Shown here piece by piece: positions 1 to 11,215 of a stretch of DNA of 64,000 nucleotides. The position numbers and the translations under genes were made by a program. Source of the DNA: Auanema rhodensis (taxonomy: Eukaryota > Animalia > Nematoda); the NCBI GenBank assembly GCA_964057225.1, contig OZ059894.1, positions 7,378,001-7,442,000 on the forward strand. The letters run 5' to 3'. Position 1 is the first letter of the stretch. Each line of letters opens with the position of its first letter. The notes below the pieces were generated by a model. The model did no database searches, was not told the DNA's origin, and worked only from the letters and a program-made list of their open reading frames with translations.

Positions 1-2349
1 CTCTCTCATTCGCTCCTGTAAAGTTTCTCGATTAATAGAGAGACAATAAATTAGTATAGTCAGAAAGTATGAATAGATACATAGATCGAAGAGATAAATA
101 GAGATAGAAAGAGAAAAGTATGGAGAGATACATAAGAATTCTGTAGTACATTCAGAACGACATGAACAAAAAAGCAACAATGATTAAACCAATAAGATAA
201 ATATTTGAAAAGAATTTAAAAAAAAAGCTAAACAAGTGAATGTTATAATCTCTTTATTTATACATATGTTTGACCATTTATACAATTATGTTGGACATGA
301 TCTTTATTCATCTATTTAATAATTTTGTATAACATATTTAAATAAATATACGTTTACATTATAATTATTAAATATTATAAAAATTAATTAACGTATTTTT
401 TCAAGCATATAATTAGCATTATAATTTTAGTTTTAATTATACAATATGAATTTGAAAAAAATTTGTCTCTCCCGTATATGTATAACCTTTTATAATTATT
501 GATAAAGCATATAAACTCATTAAGTTCAGCATTATTAAGTTTGATTGTCTAATGATATACGGTTCTGATTATAAGTTTCAATTTATATCATTATGAAACG
601 GAAGTAATTTTATTAAAAAGGTGGTAAATGATAAAATGAAATAAAAATTTACTTTCACCTTATTTGATGTCTTTTTTGTTTAAAATTGATTCTTATAATT
701 ATATATATTCATATAGTACATATATACATAATATTATAAATTACTATTTTTAAAGTGCATTGTATAATAAGTTCATTTGTAAAATGATTCCTTTATATTG
801 TTTCAGCTGCAGCTCAAACTGTCCATACATGCACACATGATGATGTTCTTTTCAAAGCACATTCATACTCTATACATGATAAATGTCATGTATAACGTAT
901 ATAGTATAATCTTTATTGTTGATCTTTACGAAAAAGATGAAACAATTAATCTATATTTAGTTGCAGAATTTGTGGAGATGTATAATGATATTCGATAAAA
1001 AAATAATCAACAAAAGGTTTGAAGATTCTGATCAAATAGGATGAACTCTGAGAAAAACTCGCATCATCTTACTTAATTCAGTTTGTAGAAGTTGCACAAG
1101 TAAACTTTCGATGAATCAATCTAAACATACAAGACGGTGTTGGTCACTGTCATCATCTTATTTCTCATTTATCTTTTATTTTTTCAGAGAAAATGACGAA
1201 AATTTCGGAGTTAAACATGTAAAGTATGTAATATCTATATAATTCAACAAAAACTTTAGCAAATATAGCAACTGTAACACTTGAAACAAGGTTAATCTTT
1301 ATTCTTTTCAATGAAGATTTTTTTCTGAATGAACTTTTACAAATTTATTCAATTATTATGAGTAAAATAATAATTTAAATGAAATATATAACACTTAACT
1401 TCATTCTCGTGAAATAACTCTAAAAAGTTATATTAATGTTTTAAAAGCTTACCATAGAAATGAGTTCAAAGGATGTTTGCTCGAATTTGTTCAAATCTGT
1501 TCAATTCACCATTTCACGCAACGCTTCTTCTCTCAGACAATTCTTTCTGTTTGACACCACAAACTTCAGATAATATGAATGATTTTACTATCTACCTTAC
1601 TATCTTAACTTATTTACACATCGTAGTTTGAGTAAATTGTTAATAGAAAAGATTTATTTTTCTTCAAAGATGTTGAAGTAAGACTTCACAATTGCCACAA
1701 ATGATAACGGATGATTCATAGCAAGTATTCGGCCAAACAAAGAATGTGAAACTCACATTCTGAATAAATTCAATTGTGTTATAAGTATACATTCAAAGTA
1801 AACGAATCTTCTTTGAAATTCAAATAATTGACTGATCAGAAAACAATTTAAAACAATAATTTTGAAATGAGTGAAAAATATTTAAAACATTATGGGCCCT
1901 ACAGTGCATGAACTCTATTTACTTTACCTTTCTGAATTGAAACAACTCTTAATATAATTGTATTGACTTCCACATATTCCAACACAAACTACAGTATAAT
2001 AAATTATCTGTTTAAGATATTTTGTAAGAAAAAATCGTTTCTTAATCAACTTTTTCACAAACATTTGAGGTTCAAGTTCAAAATGAGAATTCGGATAATC
2101 CTTGTCCGTTGCTGTGTATGCCAATAAGTTGGCGTCGGAATCTTTTATTTGCAAAAACTTACTGGACGTAAGATGAATCATTAACCACTTCATCGTGTCT
2201 ACATTCTCTTCAACTTAAATGTTCTTTCATTTCATGCAAATATACCGAAATTCTGAGAGCCTGTGCCATAACCCAGTATATAATGAACGAAGTCTCTATA
2301 ACCTTGTAGGATTCCTTCCAGAGTTTCAGCGCTTCACCTCAGTTCCGCT

Positions 2350-3101
2350 ATGAACAGTATCAGGTAATATTTAACTTGTCTACTAATTTTGGCAAAACGT
2401 GCAGACACGTAGTAAAATAAAAATTATTTTCAAACTAAGGTCAGCTAAATCGTTCACTTTCAGTTTCCTTGTCTTCCTTGCTTGCTTGCTATGCAGCTGC
2501 CACGCATATTACGTGAGTTAATCTCAAAGAAACTGATCGAATAAGCCGTTGATCAGATGATAAACTTGAAAGATAACTGTTTTTTTTATTTCAGACTTAT
2601 TACTATTACTATCCAAGTAATACCAATGGACAAACTACATACTACTATTATCCAAATAATAATAATAATAATGGTTACAATACATATTATTATCCAAATA
2701 CTGGTAAATTTTTTTGTTTTATCTATATAATAGTAACAAATTTTAATCTATAATGATTTGAGTACATCAATACCTAAACTATGAAAAACAATCAAATTGA
2801 AGAAAAAACGTTATGTCTTTTGATTTTATAGATCAATTAAACAATCTTCATATCGTATATTATCTTGAAATGAACACTCGAATCTATTATCAGATTATGA
2901 TAGCAATTTTAAGAACACTGAAAATTTCAAAATGTGTTGTCACAAGAAGAGGACAATGAAAAAGTTTTTAAAAAATTTTACTTTTTAGGCTCAAATAATG
3001 GATATACAACCTATTACTATTATCCAAATAACAACAATGGATACAATAATCTCTACAATCCATACAATACATACTACTATACCACTTATGGAAGAAAATG
3101 A
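2350..3101 (+). CDS. Small secreted Tyr/Asn-rich peptide (94 aa, 4 exons) with C-terminal GRK amidation signal
   Basis: Exons 2350-2363, 2464-2512, 2595-2703 and 2989-3101 with GT..AG introns splice in frame to MNSISFLVFLACLLCSCHA-YYTYYYYYPSNTNGQTTYYYYPNNNNNNGYNTYYYPNTGSNNGYTTYYYYPNNNNGYNNLYNPYNTYYYTTYGRK*. Hydrophobic signal peptide; GTATATAA TATA-like box at about 2276. Absent from the ORF track. Confidence 0.85.
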
Positions 3102-5162
3102 AAAATTAATATTCTAAATACTGTCTAGTTAAATTTCTCCAAGAATATCTCAGCGTGTATTGTATTTCAGTAAAAGATGCAATTTTTTCATCATATCTAT
3201 AAACCTTTAACTGTATTAAATATTTCCAGTATAATAATATTTTGAAATAAAACATTTTTTTCCACTCTTTCATTGATAAAACATTTGTTTTTTCAAGAAA
3301 CAAGATTCAGTTTGATAATAAATAAATACAAGTTATAGAATATATTCTATTGTTAGAAGTTACTTCAATGAAAAATGTGAATATATGTATATCGTCACAA
3401 GCCTTGAAAAAAGATTTGAAACAACTTCACTATTTCCCAATGGAATAAATGACAATCAGAATAGAGAAAAATATATAATGTTACTTCGAAAACTAAAGCT
3501 ATAATAAAAATAAAAAAATATATATAATGATCTCTGTTTAGTTTGATATGTTATCATTTTGATTTTCGTTGATAAATGATAAAGTGAGTACAATGCACTG
3601 TGAATTCACATTCAAATGCCCCTACTTTAGCTTTTTCATGACAGAAATGAAGAAAATAGTTTCATTTTCATGAGATGTTCATAACGAAAATTGAGAAAAT
3701 GCCATGAAATAATGCTTTAATAACATCTTATTAGATAATTATTTCATTTCTTTTATCATTTCTTGGATGATATGTTAACCTTATAAATGTCCTCGGGGCA
3801 ATTATCTTATCATGTTTCAAGAGATTGATATTATTTTTTCAAATCATTACTATATATAGTATTAATATTCATCAGTCTTGTCATTTAAAATCAAACTTTT
3901 TGATCAAAAAGTTCATAATTTTCATCGTTTTATCTTATAACTTTCAATTATTTCATCAATTAATATCTTAACTATAACATATAAATTAAAATTCTTTTAT
4001 TTTTCTGTTCAATTCATGTTCTATTCACGTGATGATCATTTGTGGGCATTTTATCGAGAAAACCATATCGATTCCAGTTTACCTCTTACCTACTATGAGA
4101 GTATCAACATTTAAATTCCTTTTGGCAATTTTCCAAAACTCAAATCATCCTGCCTTGTTCATTGATAATGCATGTTCTAATGATTTTCTTCGATGTTCAC
4201 AAACACTCTTATCTAAGTCTTCTGCTCATGGCATAATCTTGATCGTCCTCTCATCTGAATCCAAGACATTCACATCCAATTTGAACTGTTTCAACTACAA
4301 ATATCGTTTTTTCAACAATTTCGTTGTCCAAAATTGTTTTTTTCTTCCTTTCCTTGTAGTTTTTGCTTTTTCTTTGTTATTTTCTTAATGAAAATGCCTA
4401 AATGGATAACAAGTCATTGTAAGTTCGTGTTTTTCCTTCTTTCTATCGATCATATCATTGGCTATATCTACTAGTTTATCATAATCTTATCCTTTTCTCT
4501 TTCTATATTTATCTTTTTCCTAGCAAACTAAGTAAATTCAAAAATTTTAATTTAAAGTTCTGATTGATTAACTCATTTTGAGTCAAAAGCTTTTCCTTTT
4601 TTGACCTTTTACACTGGGAAATCTCATTTTCTCATATCAAATTGGCTTTTAAGATACAAAAAACCAAAAGATGAAAAGGGAAATCCAGACGTGTTGGTCA
4701 GTTGTTATTCCTTCACGGCATTACGAGTGAGCAGATGGATCAGGAGACTGAACATCTCATATCTTCTCTCATGCGCTCTCCATTCTAACCATTATGTCTA
4801 GCTCTCTTGTTCGTCTGCTGATCTCTCCATCACATCCTCTCTCTTAGGCTTTGTTCCTAATAGTTTCAGCTTGCAGATGTCCTTTTCATATCTCGTCAAG
4901 TGAACCTTGCTATGGTCCAAATAGCTCGAAACCTTCTGAACTGCTCTCAAAGGTTTTTTCTCTTATCAGTAACTTGTAACCCCTTAACCCCGGCCTCTAG
5001 TTCTGTTGACTTTACATAACCAAAAGATCAAAAACCTCCTATCTCTTGTATTTTCAACCAAAAAAAAAGAACTTTTTATTATAATTTATATTGATTTTAT
5101 TGATTTTTCTATTCTGACCCTTTCTTCCTTATACACGCTACAGCTGTTGATAGATACGCCGT

Positions 5163-5190
5163 TGACGTGAAACCCACGTGGTCACGTGAA
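5163..5190. promoter_or_regulatory. CRE-like site and two E-boxes upstream of glutamine synthetase
   Basis: TGACGTGA at 5163, CACGTG at 5175 and GTCACGTGA at 5181, about 240 bp before the ATG. Confidence 0.4.
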
Positions 5191-5422
5191 CTTCATTTGT
5201 TGATCCCAGACGTGTAGTGTTGGTTGTATTCTCCCAACGTTGCCCAATTCTCGCAAATCTTTTTTTTCCAAAACCTGGCAAGTTTTCCTTTTCTTCTTGA
5301 ACTTTGTTTGAAGAATCAGCATTTCTTATTCATTTTCTCTTGTATTCTCATCTTTCCGTTTCATTTTCTTCAATTTGGCTCATTTTCACTGAAATTCATT
5401 ATAGAATTCAAAAAAACTCAAA

Positions 5423-7365
5423 ATGATGTCAACCATGAAGAGTTTATCTCGTTTTGCCACAGGATCTGTCAGGTTTTCATCACATTTCACTAAATTACCA
5501 TTAGGAACACCTATTATTAACCAATCTCTGGACATACAAACTCCTGGAAAAAAAATTCTCGTAAGTCTCTCATCGTTTTCTCCGCTTTCTGAGCAGGAAA
5601 TGGAAATTTTCTTTGAATTATTGATTGGATTGATGTGTTTATAGGCTACTTACGTGTGGATTGATGGTACTGGAGAAAACTTGCGAGAGAAAACTCGTAC
5701 ATTAAACAGTGATCCTGGAGATGCTAAGAGTTAGTTCATTTACGTAAATCCAAGGAAATCATGAAAAGTGGGGGGGGAATCAGAAAGACCAGCAGTGAAT
5801 ACGATAGTCTATCACTTCATATCAAACCACAGAGTTCAAATGAGAGTACAGATAAGCAACTGTTTGCTGACCAAATGTTCACTTTTGCTGAGAAAAAAGT
5901 TTTTTTGGAGAGTGAAAAGAGGGAAATAATATGATTTGAGAGATGCAAGTTCCAAAGTCTCTGTGTTCAATGAATTTGAGCAATTTCTTTCTTTTAAAAC
6001 GTCTTTGGTCAAGAGTGATCTCCGGTATATCAGACCTGATTTAGATTACCCATCATGGAGTTTCGATGGATCTTCAACCTATCAAGCAACAAAGGGAATG
6101 GATTCTGATATGAACCTAGTTGTAAGTTTCATGTGGTGTCCGAGTTCCTTGCTCAGTGAGTCCATTTTCAGCCAGCTGCCATTTATCCAGATCCCTTTTG
6201 GGGTGGAAATCATAAACTCGTTCTGTGTGAAACCTACGATAAGACTGGAAAACCAGCTCGTTAGTGGATGTTTTGAGTTATAACTCTTTGAATGTTCTCT
6301 GTTTCAGCTACTAACCATCGTTCTGCTTGTAATGATGTTATGAAAAAGATTACTAAACACAAGCCATGGTTTGGAATGGAACAAGAGTATCTCCTCCTTG
6401 ACAGAGATGACTATCCACTTGGTTGGCCCAAGCACGGCTACCCAGCTCCTCAAGGTATGATAGTTTATTCCAATAAACCATCTGGGTCATCCTTCATTTA
6501 GGGCCATATTATTGTGCGGTTGGAGCTACAAAAGTATTTGGACGGGAAGTTGTTAATGCTCATTATCGCGCATGTCTTCATGCTGGCTTAGAACTTTTTG
6601 GAATTAACGCTGGCATGTCACCACTTAGAACAAAATTTCATAATTTTCATTGATTTTTCTAGAAGTTACACCAGGACAATGGGAATTCCAACTAGGTTGT
6701 TGTGAAGGCATTGATATGGGAGATCAACTTTGGATGGCGAGATATCTTCTCCACAGAGTTGCTGAACAGTTCGGAGTTGCTGTCACGTTCCATCCTAAGC
6801 CGACGGTTAGTTTTACGAGGTTGTGAACGCGCTTATCTGAGAATATTTGTGTTTTAGGCCACAATGGGAGATTGGAATGGTGCTGGATGCCATTGTAACT
6901 TCTCCACGGAAGAGATGAGATCTGAAGGAGGTTTGAAGGCCGTTGAAGCTGTAAGTTCTTGAGAAGCATCTGTTATCTTAACGGTTGATTACAGGCCATG
7001 CCTAAACTTGCTGTTACTCATAAAGAATGTATCCAAGCATATGATCCTCATAACGGCGAAGACAACAAACATAGGTTAGATAGTGTTTGTCATCGTCTTA
7101 GATGTTACATCTGCTTTTCAGATTAACAGGACTTCATGAGACTTCTTCTGCTGAAGTATTCTCATTCGGTGTTGCTGATAGATCGGCATCGGTTAGGATT
7201 CCAAGAGGTGTAGCTTCCGAAGGAAAGGTGAGTTCGAAGTAGAGTAAACCTACCGTAACCTGTGTTGGAAATATTCAGGGCTACTTAGAAGATAGACGTC
7301 CATCATCAAACTGTGATCCTTATCAAGTAACTAGATTGATTGCTGAAAGTATTCTTCTTCGCTAA
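5423..7365 (+). CDS. gln: Glutamine synthetase (eukaryotic GSII), 11 exons, 384 aa
   Basis: Exons 5423-5560, 5645-5729, 6045-6121, 6172-6259, 6308-6454, 6502-6612, 6663-6805, 6858-6950, 6995-7074, 7122-7227 and 7279-7365 join in frame (1155 nt). Motifs [75 protein letters not shown]. Resembles C. elegans gln-2-type proteins from memory; exact paralogue not assigned. Confidence 0.97.
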
Positions 7366-8080
7366 TTTATTCGGAAAACCTGCTCAAGTTGCCAAGAAAA
7401 CAAAAAATATTTGTCAAATGCCTGATTAAACTTTGAATTATTTTCCGAAGATAATGAGAGGAATTGATCAGGATTAGTGTATAACATATCGTTTATCCAA
7501 CTTTTCTCTCGATTTCTTTATTATATTTACGAAAATTCATTCATATCACTTACTTATTTACTCATTTACTTATGTGAAATATATTTAAAATAACATTTTT
7601 TCTTGAAAATGAGTCATTTGAATGATTTTTTTATAAAAATTATGTTATAATTACAACAATTCATATTTACTATATGTAACATTCTTTTTATATCAAAATT
7701 CTTATTCGACATTCGAATAAATTTTTTTTTCCATTTTCCAGTTTTTTTTGTATTTTTTTCGTTTTTATGTCGGAATTTTTATGAAAAACCCTGAAACTCT
7801 TCCACTTCTCCTCAATCCAAATGTGTTTTTCAGTGAAGAATTAGGATATTCGATCGTTAAACTAGCAGAAGATAGTTCTTCAATTGACTTATTCATTTCA
7901 TTTCCTTGTGAACTTTTATCACAAAAGTGTTGAAATGATGTGATGATCAACTAAACTGAAGTTCTTTATAGATGTTTAATCTATGCTCTAGATGTACATT
8001 CATATGCATAGCAATCAATATGATTTAGAAGTTTTTAATTGTGTTAGTTATAACTGATAAGAATGATTTATTTTGCATCG

Positions 8081-10270
8081 ATGATGTTTCAGCTTCTGTT
8101 ACTGTTTTTCTACGGCTTCATACAGCTGGGTATGTCATATTCAACACATCTACAATGGTGTTTGAAATGAACATTTAAGCTTCATTTCCTCCATTTTTTG
8201 GTTTTTTTCCGAATTTTTTCCCGTTTTTTCAGCTAAGGCACAAGATTCTTCTTCTTTGTGTCCAAACGTGACAGGATGGACTTTCAATCATGAATCTAGT
8301 ACATGCTTTTTCTTAGGAGACACATTAGTTAATCATGATGAAGCTCAAGCTTTCTGTGCGAGCAAAGGAGGTATTCTAGCTGAAATTCGTGATAAGTATC
8401 ATCATAGCGAACTCATAAGTCAGTCTGATTATATTGAGCATTCATGGATTCATCTTACATAACTTCAGAATCATCTCAACCACTGTTCGTCCCACCATGG
8501 ACGGGCGCAAAACGCGGTGTAGACAAGTTCACATGGCCTGATGGAACTGATATTGGGAATTACTGGGGATTAGGTACAACGATTTTTCAAAATATCAATA
8601 GCATACTGAACATAGTTAATGAAAATGAAAGAATAAATTAAGGAGAACCCAGTAAAAACGGTGATTGTACAGTATTCCGTGTTCCCTTAAATGTGAACGA
8701 TTCTGGTTTAACAACAGCCCCATGCTCTGATATTCAGTACCCGCTTTGTACATATCGACCAAAAATGTAAATAATACAAAAATCTTGTAGCATAATCAGT
8801 TTACTTGAATGTGTTTTTGCAAATTTTCAAAGATTAATTCGGTCTATGAAGATAATATTTCAGCTGTGAGGGTGTGGTCACAATTCAAGGTGAATCAGGA
8901 ACGTTCACAAGTCCAAATTATCCAAATAATTATTATAATGATGTAACCTGTGTTTGGCTTCTCGTTGGTAAGAATATTCAGTAGAAGTGTATATCTTCAT
9001 GATGTTGTAGCTCCTGTAAATACTTCATTCATTAGTTTGATATTCGATGATTATGATGTTCATGGATATCCTGATTATATTATTTTATATGAAGGAAATA
9101 CGACAGATACCAGAAATTATATTCATTAGTGAGTTTGAAAAGAAAAAAATATTTTTTCTCATAAATTATATGAAATAATTAATTTTAATTTTATTATTTT
9201 TCAGTTACCTTGGACATGATCTATCAGAAAAAAACACTTATGATTCAATTGGAAATATGATGACAGTACTATTCCGTACTGATGCTAATGCTCCAAATAA
9301 AGGTTTCAAAGCTTCGTTCATAGCTGTGTAAGAAATGATTGAATCAACTTCACATAATACTATTTTAGTCCAAATTATCCGGAAATTCGACAAACTGGAA
9401 CATCTGGAGATATTACTTCACTTAACTATCCAAATAATTATCCTGATCTAGTTCATCAGAATTATTACATAGAAGGACCACCTGGAACTTTAGTTAGATC
9501 ATATACATAAATCTTTTAATTTTTATTTTTCGTCAGATTTCAATTCAAATAGATGATTTCAATACTGAACCTAATGTTGACAGAGTCGATATGTATTGTC
9601 AAGCAGAACCAGATAGTGATGAAAGAATTCTATTAATGAGGTAAGAAATCATTTAACTTATCTTATATATCTTACAAACTTTAACAAACTTTAATAAACC
9701 TCAAAAACTTCAACCAACCTCGACAAACCTTAACAAACTTTATCAAACCTTAAGAAACTTTAAGAAACCTTAACAAACCTCAAGAAACCTTAACAAACTT
9801 TAACAAACCTTAACAAACCTCAACAAACCTCAAGAAACTTTAACAAACTGTAACAAACTTTAACAAACCTTAACAAACCTTAAGAAACTTTAACAAACCT
9901 CAACAAACCTCAACAAACCTCAACAAACTTCAACAAACCTCAACAAACTTCAACAAACCTCAACAAACCTCAAGAAACTTTAACAAACTGTAACAAACTT
10001 TAACAAACCTTAACAAACCTTAACAAACCTTAAGAAACTTTAACAAACCTTAACAAACCTCAACAAACCTCCTTTTCTTTTTTCAAACTTTTTATAAAAC
10101 TATGAATTTAAAATTTTTTAATTTTTTTCAGTGCGTCTGGTCACATTTTTGCACATAACTTAACAGCAGGTAGTGAAAAAGTTTGGATGACATTCCGATC
10201 AGATAGAAATATCAATCTTAGTGGTTTTCATATGAAATGGATTGCGTATGAAGATGACAGTCATGCTTAA
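8081..10270 (+). CDS. Secreted C-type lectin domain + 2 CUB domain protein (clec family), multi-exon
   Basis: Signal peptide exon from 8081 (MMFQLLLLFFYGFIQL). CTLD: CPNVTGWTFNHESSTCF...AQAFCASKGGILAEI...WTGA...FTWPDGT...GEPSKNGDC...C. CUB1: CEGVVTIQGESGTFTSPNYPNNYYNDVTCVW...FRTD..NKGFKASF. CUB2: SGDITSLNYPNNYP...FRSDRNINLSGFHMKW. Stop TAA at 10268-10270; GT..AG introns. Confidence 0.9.
9672..10070. repeat. 10-bp minisatellite (AACAAACCTT/AACAAACCTC/AAGAAACTTT variants), about 40 units, intronic
   Basis: 10-nt periodicity is directly visible; lies in the last intron of the lectin gene. Confidence 0.95.
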
Positions 10271-10799
10271 TTTGTATTTTTTTTGTTTTTTTTTATTTGC
10301 AATCAAATATAAGATAAATAATAACAACAACAACAATATGTTGTGTGAAATATAATATTTCAAGTTCGAATTATATGGATATATCAATTATCTTTCTCAT
10401 GTATTCTTTTTCTTTTTGTTTTTCAACAATATTTTGAAAAAGAAAATGAAAATTTTATTGTAAATAACAAGATTCAGTCTTTTGCTACTTTAATTCAAAC
10501 AATCACACACTGATGAGAGTTTGTATCATGCTAGCTTTCGGAAAGCGGATTCCTTTTCACGGCCATGTTGATGTTGAAGAGATCGAGAATTTGAGATCCA
10601 AAAAGGCGTTGTTGATGATGAGTATGGCGATCAAATATCAGAGAAATGAACAAATATGTTTAAGATTACAACTTGTTATATAAGTAAAAAAATGTATATG
10701 TTATTATGAAAATCCAAAAAAAAAGAAAAATGCTGATGAGATCATGAAATTAATGCCAGGGTTATTTTTTACATTTGCATTTATCATGTTATTGTAGGC

Positions 10800-11215
10800 C
10801 TACTTGCCACCCCAACTATAACCAAGATCAATCCATTTCTGATTCGGCATTTTGCGCAAAGGATGAAGCATATTCATAATATTTTCATTTGTCTAAAATT
10901 AGAAAATTATTATTAATTGAAAGATATAAAACTAAATCATACTAAAGAATCATGTCGCTTGAACATATTGCTGTCTGGCCAATTTATTTGATTGTAATCA
11001 GGCATAAGCTCATATTGAGATGACGATAACACTAAAAAGAAAAAAGTGAAAAATAAAATTCATAACAATAAACGAAACAAAAATTTTTCGTAACTATTTG
11101 TATTGTTGGCTGCAATCAATTTTAATTTACCTTGTTTAGGAACAGATTTTGCAGAAGCAACTTGAATGCACAATGCTATGAAAAGAGTTGTTCCAAACAT
11201 TGTCTGCCACATCAT
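10800..11215 (-). CDS. nlp-42: Neuropeptide precursor, nlp-42-like W(X6)W-amide (MIP/allatostatin-B-type), 88 aa, 3 exons
   Basis: Minus-strand exons 11215-11131, 11031-10943 and 10892-10800 splice to MMWQTMFGTTLFIALCIQVASA-KSVPKQVLSSSQYELMPDYNQINWPDSNMF-KR-HDSLTNENIMNMLHPL-RK-MPNQKWIDLGYSWGGK*. Signal peptide and dibasic sites; the C-terminus parallels NLP-42 (LHPVKK-NPDWQDLGFAWGRK, as recalled). Confidence 0.8.

Noticed and set aside
798-1230. Possible exons with CRICGD and VCRSC (nuclear-receptor-like Cys pairs)
   Set aside because: Could not build a consistent spliced frame; spacing and flanking residues do not match an NHR DNA-binding domain.
1660-2253. Minus-strand ORF 1924-2193 with a plausible donor and a downstream exon
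   Set aside because: No recognisable domain or secure start; may be a real orphan gene but not supportable without transcripts.
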